A model generated the notes under the pieces. That model ran no database searches and was not told the origin of the DNA. It saw only the letters and a list, made by a program, of their open reading frames with translations. This document shows positions 1 to 8,303 of a stretch of DNA of 64,000 nt, in pieces. Position 1 is the first letter of the stretch; each line of letters opens with the position of its first letter. The position numbers and the translations under genes are program-made. This DNA comes from Candidatus Limnocylindrus sp. (GTDB lineage: Bacteria; Chloroflexota; Limnocylindria; Limnocylindrales; Limnocylindraceae), in the NCBI GenBank assembly GCA_040397215.1, contig JBBAWK010000004.1. The stretch is one strand, 5' to 3'.

Positions 1-89
1 CCATTGGGCCGCAGGTGCAGTTCTGGCTCGGCAGACTCGATCGCGGCGGTCGCGCGAAGCGACAGGCTGCGGCGGCCGATCGACGCTAA
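1..89 (+). CDS. 3' end of a membrane protein, possibly YczE/YitT-like (truncated by window edge)
   Basis: Frame 3 reads IGPQVQFWLGRLDRGGRAKRQAAAADRR* with TAA at 87-89; IGPxVQF resembles the YczE-family C-terminus. Confidence 0.35.
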   Translation, partial: IGPQVQFWLGRLDRGGRAKRQAAAADRR

Positions 90-99
90 GGTCGCGCCG

Positions 100-1923
100 C
101 TAGCGCGGCAGGATTGAGTCGATCGCGATCGCGGCGAAGATCAGGGTGAGGTAGCTGATCGAGAAGCGATAGAGGCGCGTTGCGCCACGCAGTAGTCCGT
201 CGCCGAGCACATCACTACGCAGGCGCCAAGCGCGGAGCAAGAAGATCCCGCCGCCGACGACGGCAACCGCTAGGTAGACGAGACCCATCCCGGCCACCGC
301 CCAGAGCATCAGGCTCATTGCCACGAGAAGGATCGTATAGAGCCAAATCTGCCGCGCCGTCTCCACTGGTCCGGCGGTAACGGGGAGCATCGGCACCCCT
401 GCGGCGGCGTAGTCGGGACCAATTCGGAGTGCGAGCGCCCAGAAGTGTGGCGGCGTCCAGTAGAAGACGAGGGCGAAGAGGAGGATCGGTACCAGCGAGA
501 TATCACCCGTGACTGCGGCCCAGCCGATCACCGGCGGAAGGGCACCCGCCGCTCCACCGATCACGATGTTCTGCGGGGTTGAGCGCTTCAGGATCAGCGT
601 ATAGATCAGCACGTAGAAGGCGATCGCGAGGAGCGAAATAAACGCCGCCATGATCGTTGTCGTGAGTGCCAGGAAGATGAAGCTTGCGACGCCAAGGATG
701 CTTGCAAAGAGGAGCGCCGCCCCAACGCTGATTCGGCCGGTGACGAGCGGGCGTGCAGCGGTACGCGCCATCTGCGCATCGATGTCCGCGTCAATGATGC
801 AGTTAAAGACGTTGGCGCTCGCGGCACTGAGCGTGCCGCCAACGAGCGTGGCGGCGATCATCGTCAGTGGTGGAAAGCCATGTGCTGCAAGGAGCATCGC
901 GGGAATCGTGGTGATCAGCAGCAGCTCAACGATGCGCGGTTTGATCAGCGCGATATAGGCAGAAACTGTCTCCCGGCTGGTTTGTGGCCTGCGTGTTGAT
1001 TGACTCGCCAAGCCACCCCCTGCGGAACGCCCCTCAAGCAGTGCAATCGATGCGGCGCCGACGGTCAAAATCCAGATCATGGTGGCCAGTGCGACATGCA
1101 GCGTCTGCGTCCATGGTGCGAGCTTGGTGAAGATTTGCGCCGCGCCGATGAGGCATTGCATGGCAAATGTGGCTGTGGCGTAGGTCAGTAATTGACGCAC
1201 GCGCACCGAGCTCCCCTTCTCGCGGAGCACGATCCAGAGCGCTGAGACCAGGATGAGCGCAACGATCGCGGTCGCGTACCGGTGCGCAATCATCGGTGTT
1301 GAGAGTGCAGTGATTGGCGGGAAGAGGGTGCCGCCCATGAGTGGCCAATCGGGGTAGAGCAGGCCAGTATCGGTGCCCGTCACGTTCGAGCCGAAGAGGA
1401 GCAGCGCGTAGATACCCCCCGCGGCAACGATCGGCGCCACAACGCTCCCGCTTGCGCGACGGATACCGGCGAGGGTCTCGGCGTACCCGCTTCGAGCGAG
1501 CACCCAGACTTGCAACCCGACGAATGCCATCGCCGTGGCGAGGTGTGCAGTCACAGAGACGCCCGAGTTGGACTCCAGGACCGTTTGGCGCCCGAGCCAT
1601 GCCTGGAAGAGAACGAGTGCGAGCAGGGCGACCGAGGCCCCCTGGAGTGATCGGCGACCCTTGAGGTTGCGCAGCGCGAAGAACACCAATGCCAAGGCGA
1701 TTAGGCCGATCACCGCCGCGATCGTGCGGTGGATCCACTCGAGCCACGCCTTATAGGCGATGACGTCTCCCGAGTCAGTGGTTGGCGGAATGATCTGCCC
1801 GTAGCAGAGGGGCCAGTCTGGGCAGCCCATTCCAGACTCAGTTGCCCGAACGATGACGCCGACGACCACGAGGCCAATAGTCGCGCCAAGTAGTAGACGC
1901 AGCGTTGTGCGGAAACTCTTCAT
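100..1923 (-). CDS. ctaA-ctaB: Fused heme A synthase (CtaA/COX15) and protoheme IX farnesyltransferase (CtaB/CyoE)
   Basis: N-half has CPDWPLCYG, EWIHR and further His ligands; C-half has LIKPRI, NxxxDADIDAQMARTAARPL, LKRSTPQNIVIGG, WTPPHFWAL. Start placed at ATG 1923, 6 nt after a TACCAT -10. Confidence 0.92.
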   Translation of the reverse strand: MKSFRTTLRLLLGATIGLVVVGVIVRATESGMGCPDWPLCYGQIIPPTTDSGDVIAYKAWLEWIHRTIAAVIGLIALALVFFALRNLKGRRSLQGASVALLALVLFQAWLGRQTVLESNSGVSVTAHLATAMAFVGLQVWVLARSGYAETLAGIRRASGSVVAPIVAAGGIYALLLFGSNVTGTDTGLLYPDWPLMGGTLFPPITALSTPMIAHRYATAIVALILVSALWIVLREKGSSVRVRQLLTYATATFAMQCLIGAAQIFTKLAPWTQTLHVALATMIWILTVGAASIALLEGRSAGGGLASQSTRRPQTSRETVSAYIALIKPRIVELLLITTIPAMLLAAHGFPPLTMIAATLVGGTLSAASANVFNCIIDADIDAQMARTAARPLVTGRISVGAALLFASILGVASFIFLALTTTIMAAFISLLAIAFYVLIYTLILKRSTPQNIVIGGAAGALPPVIGWAAVTGDISLVPILLFALVFYWTPPHFWALALRIGPDYAAAGVPMLPVTAGPVETARQIWLYTILLVAMSLMLWAVAGMGLVYLAVAVVGGGIFLLRAWRLRSDVLGDGLLRGATRLYRFSISYLTLIFAAIAIDSILPR

Positions 1924-1970
1924 ACGCAGATGGTACGCCGACCCTCGGAAACGTGGGATAGAGTGGGTGT

Positions 1971-2939
1971 GTGAAGAAGGTATTGCGAAGCGCCGTTCTC
2001 GCCTCCCTCTGCGCCGCTCTTGTTGCGTGCGGCGGGTCAACCCCCACCCCAAGCGCCAGCGCGGGCGATAGCGCCAGGAACGGCTGCACCGATGCCTGGC
2101 CCGCTGCCGGTCAGGCGACCTCCACTGGACCACTCCCCCTGTTGGCGAACAGTGACCTCGCCCCTGGTGCGACGCGACTCATCCTCGGTCTCGTCGACAG
2201 CGCCAGCTTCCCGCTCGGCTCTCCGGCCTGGACGCTCAAGAGCGAAGTCTTTGACATCACCACCGACGGTTGCACGCCACTGGCAGCTGCGTCGCCGCTC
2301 CCCTTCGCCTGGGCGATCACCAACGTTCGCGGCTTCTTTATCGGCACCACCGAGATCCCCGTTGGCGCGCGTGAGATCGGCCTCGTCATCAGCGGCACCG
2401 ACGCCGGTGGAGCAGCCGTGCTGATCCGCGTCACCTCAATCGTGCAGTCAGCCAGCATTGCGCCGCGCCCTGGCAACAAGGCGCCAACCGTCGCAACACC
2501 GATTGCTGCCACCGACCCACACGGAGTGGCGGGGATCTCCACCGACCCCGATCCGCGTGCCGCCTTCTATTCGCACTCCGCAGCTGAGCTTCTCGCAACG
2601 GGGACTCCCTTCCTGATCGCCTTCGCCTCGCCAGCATTCTGTGTGTCGCAGGCGTGCGGGCCAACGCTCACGATCTTGAAAGCCGCGGCAGATCGACACC
2701 CAGGGGTCGTGGTCATTCATGTGGAGCCATATCAGATGAGTTGGAACGGCACGCGCTTGATTCCGGTCCTTGCAACCGGAGGTGGACTGCAGCCAACCAG
2801 CGTTGTAGACGCATGGCAGCTTCCGGTCGAGCCGTGGATCTTCACCGTCGGACGCGACGGGCGCATCCTCCGCTCCTATGAGGGAATCATTAGCCCCGCA
2901 GAGATCGACGCGGCGCTTGCCGAACTCGCCGCGAACTAG
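1971..2939 (+). CDS. Lipoprotein with a C-terminal thioredoxin-like fold
   Basis: Lipobox LVAC; FASPAFCVSQACGP (Cx4C); EPWIFTVGRDG cis-Pro region. Confidence 0.7.
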   Translation: MKKVLRSAVLASLCAALVACGGSTPTPSASAGDSARNGCTDAWPAAGQATSTGPLPLLANSDLAPGATRLILGLVDSASFPLGSPAWTLKSEVFDITTDGCTPLAAASPLPFAWAITNVRGFFIGTTEIPVGAREIGLVISGTDAGGAAVLIRVTSIVQSASIAPRPGNKAPTVATPIAATDPHGVAGISTDPDPRAAFYSHSAAELLATGTPFLIAFASPAFCVSQACGPTLTILKAAADRHPGVVVIHVEPYQMSWNGTRLIPVLATGGGLQPTSVVDAWQLPVEPWIFTVGRDGRILRSYEGIISPAEIDAALAELAAN

Positions 2940-3650
2940 CTAGCGGCCGCTATTCCCAGGGGCGCCGATCGGCTCTCCCGACGCACAAAGTGGGCAGTCG
3001 ACTGGCTCATACGTCGGCAGGTTCAGCGTGATCCCGGCGATCAGCGGAATCGGTTCACGTCCCTCAGCGTCGATTTGCGTGAGCCCCGGCGTGCGACTCG
3101 CAATAACAGCGGCGGCGATCGGATGGGCACCCGCGGCGTAGAGCGGCGGAAGAAGTGCTTGTAGCGATCCGCCAGTGGTCAGAATGTCGTCAACCAAGAG
3201 CACGCGTGCGCGCGGTGGAATCTGAAAGCCGCGACGGAACTCGCGTCGTGTAGCTCCGACTGTGCCACGCACCTCCTCAGCGAAGAGTCCGCGCACCCCG
3301 AGGAGCCGGCCAACCTCATACGCCAGTAGTACTCCGCCAGTGGCTGGCCCAACGACGAGGTCGATGTCGCCACCAAGCGCCTCAACGCTCTCGAGGCTCT
3401 GCACGGCGAGTGCGTGCGTGATCTCTGCAGCGGCAGATGGATGTTGTAAGAGCGACCACTTTTCGAGGTACTGGTCGCCGTGCCGTCCGCTCCTAAGCAG
3501 GAAGTGGCCACGCTGCAGCGCGCCAGTGGCGAGCAGCAGGCCCTCAATGCGCTGGGCTGTTGCTGCGCGATCGCGCGGATCGACTGGGGCGGCGGGGTAG
3601 CCGGAGGGCGGCGTCAGCAACTCGCGCAGTGGGCGAAGTGGTTCACTCAT
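2940..3650 (-). CDS. pyrE: Orotate phosphoribosyltransferase
   Basis: GHFLLRSGRH, VLLVDDILTTGGS PRPP-binding motif, C-terminal CPLC. Confidence 0.9.
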   Translation of the reverse strand: MSEPLRPLRELLTPPSGYPAAPVDPRDRAATAQRIEGLLLATGALQRGHFLLRSGRHGDQYLEKWSLLQHPSAAAEITHALAVQSLESVEALGGDIDLVVGPATGGVLLAYEVGRLLGVRGLFAEEVRGTVGATRREFRRGFQIPPRARVLLVDDILTTGGSLQALLPPLYAAGAHPIAAAVIASRTPGLTQIDAEGREPIPLIAGITLNLPTYEPVDCPLCASGEPIGAPGNSGR

Positions 3651-4677
3651 GGCGAGAGCCTAGCGCGCTGCCACGCAGCGCGAGAACGTTGGTCTCGCCA
3701 CGGGCAGCCACCGCACGTCGGAGCGAATCGCCCACCGCTCCAGGGAGTCGTGGATCTGCCCAGAGTGCGGTCCCGAGACTCACCGCGCTTGCGCCAGCGG
3801 CGAAGGTATCGAGGGCGTCGGCTGGCGAGCCGATGCCTCCCCCGCCAATGATCGGTGCGCCCGCACCACTCGCCGCCTCAGCGATCGCTGCGAGTGCGGC
3901 CGGGCGTACCAGCGGCCCAGAGAGCTCACCGATACCTGCCGCCAAGGCTGGGCCACGACGTGCGCGATCGGGGAGAAAGCCATGCGGTGATCCACTCACC
4001 GAGAGAACATCAATCCCCGCATCGATCGACTCGCTTGCCAAACGGCGGAGCTCACTCGCCGCTGACGAGACTTTCGCGATGAGGGGTCGATCGGTCGCAC
4101 CGCGCGCCGTATCAATCAGGCGCAGCGCCTCATCCGCCGACGACTCCCATCGGGCGCCATCAAGGCCATCACACGGGGCGGTGAGATCAATCTCAAGCGC
4201 AGCAATGCCGAGCTCGTCGGCGCGCCGCTCAACCCGCGCGATCAGCTGCGCAAGCTCCTTTACCGACGTGGCGACGAGGGAAAGGGCAACCGCGCACGGC
4301 GCCGAGCGCCAACTTGCACCGTGTCGATCGATCACCTCATCAGCACCGGGGTTTTCACGGTTCACCGCATGCATCACGCCGCCAGGAACCTCCACTAGTC
4401 GCGGCATCAAGCCGCCAAATCGTGGCCGCAGCGAGATACCGCGCACAACGAAGAGGCCAACTTCTCGTAGATCAATCGCGCCGCCTGCCTCGTTGCCAAA
4501 GCCGAGAGGACCACTGGCGACAACGATCGGTCGCTCCAGTCGTAGCGGGTGCTCGGTGCTAAGGGTGACGGCAAGGTCAACGGTGAGCGGATTGATCCGC
4601 TCGTTCACCTGCTCCGCCACCTGCGCGGTTCGGGTCGCGCGCGGCGCGGCCACCTTTGTGCGCTTGCGTGGAGGCAC
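3643..4677 (-). CDS. pyrD: Dihydroorotate dehydrogenase family 1B-like protein with degenerate catalytic motifs
   Basis: VASGPLGFG, LSGPLVRP, IIGGGGI, AGASAVSLGTA; lies between pyrK and pyrE. Confidence 0.75.
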   Translation of the reverse strand: MPPRKRTKVAAPRATRTAQVAEQVNERINPLTVDLAVTLSTEHPLRLERPIVVASGPLGFGNEAGGAIDLREVGLFVVRGISLRPRFGGLMPRLVEVPGGVMHAVNRENPGADEVIDRHGASWRSAPCAVALSLVATSVKELAQLIARVERRADELGIAALEIDLTAPCDGLDGARWESSADEALRLIDTARGATDRPLIAKVSSAASELRRLASESIDAGIDVLSVSGSPHGFLPDRARRGPALAAGIGELSGPLVRPAALAAIAEAASGAGAPIIGGGGIGSPADALDTFAAGASAVSLGTALWADPRLPGAVGDSLRRAVAARGETNVLALRGSALGSRHE

Positions 4678-5529
4678 TTATGCACCACCCTTTGATGCGT
4701 AGCCAGTTGCGTCCACTGCTGGCCCTTCGCGGCAGAGGCGCACCTGGCCAGTGCGCGTTGCAACGGTGCAGCCACCACAGGCGCCAATGCCACAGCCAAT
4801 CTCGTGTGCCAGCAGCGCCTGGAGCCACGGCGCACGATCACCAGCGGGCGCGATGCGTGCGCGCGCAGGCTTGCCACTTGCCGTTGTGCGATCTGCGGTG
4901 CGTCGGCGAAGGGCGGCAGATGTTGCAGCGGATCGAATGTCGGTGGCACCTGCGACGACCGCCTGATCCGCCCAGGAGACGTACTCGGAGAGCAGGTCAG
5001 CGACGGTGCCGCGGTGGCCGATGCTGCCATCGCTCGTGGCGACCACAATCTCCACGACGTCGGGGAGGAGGCTGGCTGGCGGCAGGTCAGCCGCCGTCTC
5101 CGCCTGCTGGAGCATCGTCACACTGATGCCGGCACTCGTTGCGGCGATCGCTAGCGCGCGCACCCAGGCGAACCCTTCGCCGTCAGCAATGAGCAGCAGC
5201 CGCATCGTGGCCTTGTTAAGGAGGATCGGCTGCCCGATCGGTCCGATCAGCTCGATCACGTCGCCGACGCGCAGCCCTGCGAGTGCGTCTTGGCCGCCAT
5301 CAGCTCGTGGCTGCAGCGCAACCTCAACGCTCCCACGAATGAGGTCGACGCGAGAGACAGGGGCAACGCGCCGCACGCGGTAGCCTCCAGACTCTGGACG
5401 TACAAGGTGCAGCGCGTGGCCTGGGCGCAGTGCAGCGATCAGGTTTGGGGCGCGAAACTCAAGGGCGATGCGTCCGGGGGCTAGTTCGCCAATCGCGAGA
5501 AGTTCACCGGCGACGGGCGTGCTGCCCAT
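4678..5529 (-). CDS. pyrK: Dihydroorotate dehydrogenase electron-transfer subunit (FAD/2Fe-2S)
   Basis: GPIG and TSDGSIG motifs; CGIGACGGC...C 2Fe-2S motif. Confidence 0.82.
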   Translation of the reverse strand: MGSTPVAGELLAIGELAPGRIALEFRAPNLIAALRPGHALHLVRPESGGYRVRRVAPVSRVDLIRGSVEVALQPRADGGQDALAGLRVGDVIELIGPIGQPILLNKATMRLLLIADGEGFAWVRALAIAATSAGISVTMLQQAETAADLPPASLLPDVVEIVVATSDGSIGHRGTVADLLSEYVSWADQAVVAGATDIRSAATSAALRRRTADRTTASGKPARARIAPAGDRAPWLQALLAHEIGCGIGACGGCTVATRTGQVRLCREGPAVDATGYASKGGA

Positions 5530-5535
5530 CGCGAA

Positions 5536-5994
5536 TCAGACCGACGCGCGGTCGTCCCCGGCCACGCCGAGGCCCGCCACGATCGCACCGGTTGGTCGTG
5601 GCGCGAGTCCAGCAGCTGCACGCAGTGCCGCTTCGATTCGGTCGTAGAGATCAGCGGCGCCCCAGAGCTCCACCACTTCAGAGATGCTCATGCGGTCCAT
5701 TGACGCCACACCCTCGGCATCGGTTGAGCTCATGGTGAAACCACCCTCCTGCTCCAACACGAGCTCTGCGGCGTCAACCGTGCCCGCGAGGATTAGTGGG
5801 CCCGCGGTCTGAAGCACGTTGCGGTGATCACGTAGGTAGCGGCTTAGCCGCTCGGTTGCGTGCTCAATGGCGAGAAGTCGTTCGGATCCGGCCGCCTCAG
5901 CAGCATCGGCGTAGCGGCGCACGGCATCTTGCGAGATTACGGGCACCCCTTCAACAGGAGCGACTTCAACCTTTGGCTTTCGACCGAAGATCAT
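5536..5994 (-). CDS. Hypothetical protein in the pyr operon
   Basis: 152 aa ORF whose start overlaps the upstream stop; host-like codon usage. Confidence 0.65.
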   Translation of the reverse strand: MIFGRKPKVEVAPVEGVPVISQDAVRRYADAAEAAGSERLLAIEHATERLSRYLRDHRNVLQTAGPLILAGTVDAAELVLEQEGGFTMSSTDAEGVASMDRMSISEVVELWGAADLYDRIEAALRAAAGLAPRPTGAIVAGLGVAGDDRASV

Positions 5995-6320
5995 CAGCCC
6001 GTGTACTCCAGATCCGAAGAGAGTCGCTCGCGAAGGAACATTGAGTGGTGGCGCTCAAACATCCACTCGCCCGCGCGATGGCCGAGGGCGCGTGACGATT
6101 CGTCGGCCTCGAGCTTGTCGAGAGTGCCGTAGTCGGGAAGATCAAACATGATCACGTTGTCGAAGTCCCAGCCGTGCGCCACGTTGTACCAGCCGAGGAA
6201 CTTGATGCCGAACTTCTTCTCATAATCCTTCACTGTGCGCGGAAAGAGGGTCCGCATGAAAAATTTAAAAAAGGGGTCGCGCCCCCGTCGAATCGAGAAG
6301 TAGGTGGCAAGTACTGGCAT
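5994..6320 (-). CDS. Hypothetical protein, possibly a NIPSNAP-like dimeric alpha/beta barrel
   Basis: 108 aa; GIKFLGWY...DNVIMFDLPD pattern; overlaps neighbours at both ends. Confidence 0.65.
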   Translation of the reverse strand: MPVLATYFSIRRGRDPFFKFFMRTLFPRTVKDYEKKFGIKFLGWYNVAHGWDFDNVIMFDLPDYGTLDKLEADESSRALGHRAGEWMFERHHSMFLRERLSSDLEYTG

Positions 6321-6682
6321 TAGCGGGATTCTCCCACGCCGCTGCTCTCCGTGTCGCCCTTGGAATCATCCTCAATCTGCCCGACCGTCTTCGTGGTGCT
6401 CCGCATCGGTGCGCGGCGCCCCTTCCGGTCGGCGGCCACGAGGCGCAGCAGGAAGATTGAGGTCTGCCCCACGAGGAGGAGGAGGATCACCACAAGGAAG
6501 AGGAGCCCAATCGCGATTGGGGCGGGCCAGTTCAGCACCGCAGAGAGCGGCGCCATGATCATTGCGATGACGAGCGCCACCGCCTGAATCCAGAAGCAGC
6601 CGAGGCCAGGGCCGCGACCCGCATTCAACGGGCCGCCCTTGTACTCAGGCATCGTCTCCGGGCTCGTCGGATTGTTTGTCAC
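6320..6682 (-). CDS. Small membrane protein with two TM helices
   Basis: Two hydrophobic helices; directly downstream of pyrR; start could alternatively be ATG 6652. Confidence 0.65.
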   Translation of the reverse strand: MTNNPTSPETMPEYKGGPLNAGRGPGLGCFWIQAVALVIAMIMAPLSAVLNWPAPIAIGLLFLVVILLLLVGQTSIFLLRLVAADRKGRRAPMRSTTKTVGQIEDDSKGDTESSGVGESR

Positions 6683-6691
6683 GCGATCAGC

Positions 6692-7264
6692 TCAGCCCTT
6701 CTCCTTGGCGGCCGCATCGTTCGCAGCGAGATGCTCCGCAAGCAACTCCACCTTAACGAGCGCTTCACCATCGATCTCCTGCACGCAGACGCGCACGACC
6801 TCTCCGCTCGTCGTTGGAATGTTCTTTCCAACATAATCGGCACGAATAGGCAGTTCGCGATGGCCGCGATCGATGAGCGCCACGAGGCGGATCGCCTTCG
6901 GTCGGCCGTAGTCGATAAGTGCGTCGAGGCCGGCGCGAATCGTGCGACCCGTATAGAGCACGTCATCAACCAATATGATCGTCTTGCCAGTGATGTCTCC
7001 AGGGATCGATGTGCCGCGGTGCACTGGGGCAACGGCGATCGTCGAAAGATCATCGCGATAGAAGCTGATGTCGAGGGTGCCCGACTCAACGGTGACGCCT
7101 TCGTGCTCTTTGATCGCCTCAACGATGACCTTGGCAAGCGGTACGCCGCGGCGCTGAATGCCAACGACGACGAGACCTTCGGTCCCCTCTTTCTCAATGA
7201 TTTCATGGGAGATGCGGGTCAGTGCCCTGCGGATCTCTTCGGCGTTCATCACCTGTCGTGCCAT
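6692..7264 (-). CDS. pyrR: Bifunctional pyr operon regulator / uracil phosphoribosyltransferase
   Basis: RRALTRISHEI, LDISFYRDD, VDDVLYTGRT, DRGHRELPIRADYVGKN; SD AAGGAG before ATG 7264. Confidence 0.95.
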   Translation of the reverse strand: MARQVMNAEEIRRALTRISHEIIEKEGTEGLVVVGIQRRGVPLAKVIVEAIKEHEGVTVESGTLDISFYRDDLSTIAVAPVHRGTSIPGDITGKTIILVDDVLYTGRTIRAGLDALIDYGRPKAIRLVALIDRGHRELPIRADYVGKNIPTTSGEVVRVCVQEIDGEALVKVELLAEHLAANDAAAKEKG

Positions 7265-7275
7265 GGTCCACTCCT

Positions 7276-7314
7276 TTGCCCCGCCGGCCGATCTCTGCCG
7301 ACCACGTTGCGGGT
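7276..7314 (-). promoter_or_regulatory. Candidate PyrR-binding stem-loop in the pyrR 5' UTR
   Basis: Minus strand reads GGUCGG-CAGAGA-UCGGCC (7286-7303) with a CNGNGA hexaloop, on a lower CCCGC/GCGGG stem next to the SD; TG-C-TATCGT -10 just upstream. Confidence 0.55.
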
Positions 7315-7337
7315 GCTGCGGAACGATAGCAGGGTGG

Positions 7338-8303
7338 CTAGGCGAGGGCGCGGCGCAGTTCCACAACCGCCTCCTCAGGGGAGATCGGCACCACGGGGAT
7401 GCCTGAGGCGAGTTCCAGCCCGCCGATCGGGCGGAGGCGCGGGTGGAGCTCCCAGTGCCAGTGATAGGTGCCATCGACGCGCTCGCGCAGGGGCGCCGTA
7501 TGCAGAATCAGGTTGTATGGCGGCATGCCGATCGCCCGTAGTGCCCGGACCGCGGTCTGCAGGGTGCTGGCGAATCCGGCGATCGTCGCCGCATCGGTGT
7601 CGGCGAAGTCGGCACTGTGGTTGTTCGGAACGATCCACGTCTCAAACGCCGAACGGCTGGCAAAGGGGGCAACGACCAAGCCGAACGGATCGCGATGGAG
7701 CATGCGTCGTCCGCCGTGCGACTCATCGGCAACGAGGTGACAGTAGGCGCAACCGCCGGCGCGAATGGAGAGGCGCGCCGCGCCACCAATCTCTTCGGCG
7801 AGTCGGTGCGGCACCTGCGGCAGGTCGTAGGCCTCAAAGCAGAGGTGATCGGTCATCGCCCCCGCCTGACCCCCTGCGTTGCGAACATATTGAATGTAGG
7901 CGGTTGCGCCAAGATCACGCGCGCTGCGCAGGTGATCTCGGATCGCCATCAAGAATGCCGACACCACAGCCACCGGCACCTCATCGAGCTCGCCATGTTC
8001 ACGGCCTGGCGCAATAAGGGTTGACCACGAGCCCGCGCGGTCCACATCGCTCAGCGTGAGGAATCCAGATTCCCCAGCGGCGGCATCCATGCGCGTGCCC
8101 ACAGAGTGGAATGCACCTTGGCGCAGCACGCGTCGCGTTACCGCTGCGGCATCAGACTGCGCACAGTTCGTGCACTCCGCTTCGCGAGCGCCAGATGTGC
8201 GCGCCTCATGGAATCGTTTCGGCTCAAACTCGCGATCAACGACGGTTGCCGACCACCAGCCGGTGATCTCGTCGCGACGCAGCTCCCAGATACCACCGCT
8301 CAT
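7338..8303 (-). CDS. GalT-like (galactose-1-phosphate uridylyltransferase family) protein with altered HxH motif
   Basis: ELRRDEITGWW, CAYC, APFASR...ETWIVP, PYNLILH, YHWHWELHPR, GGLELASG. Confidence 0.8.
   Translation of the reverse strand: MSGGIWELRRDEITGWWSATVVDREFEPKRFHEARTSGAREAECTNCAQSDAAAVTRRVLRQGAFHSVGTRMDAAAGESGFLTLSDVDRAGSWSTLIAPGREHGELDEVPVAVVSAFLMAIRDHLRSARDLGATAYIQYVRNAGGQAGAMTDHLCFEAYDLPQVPHRLAEEIGGAARLSIRAGGCAYCHLVADESHGGRRMLHRDPFGLVVAPFASRSAFETWIVPNNHSADFADTDAATIAGFASTLQTAVRALRAIGMPPYNLILHTAPLRERVDGTYHWHWELHPRLRPIGGLELASGIPVVPISPEEAVVELRRALA

Noticed and set aside
1924-2133. N-terminal extensions in the ORF track (ctaAB; likewise pyrR, pheA, glutaredoxin, greA, RCC1-1, tlpA)
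   Set aside because: They overlap neighbouring genes and are low-complexity; better starts have -10, SD or coupling support
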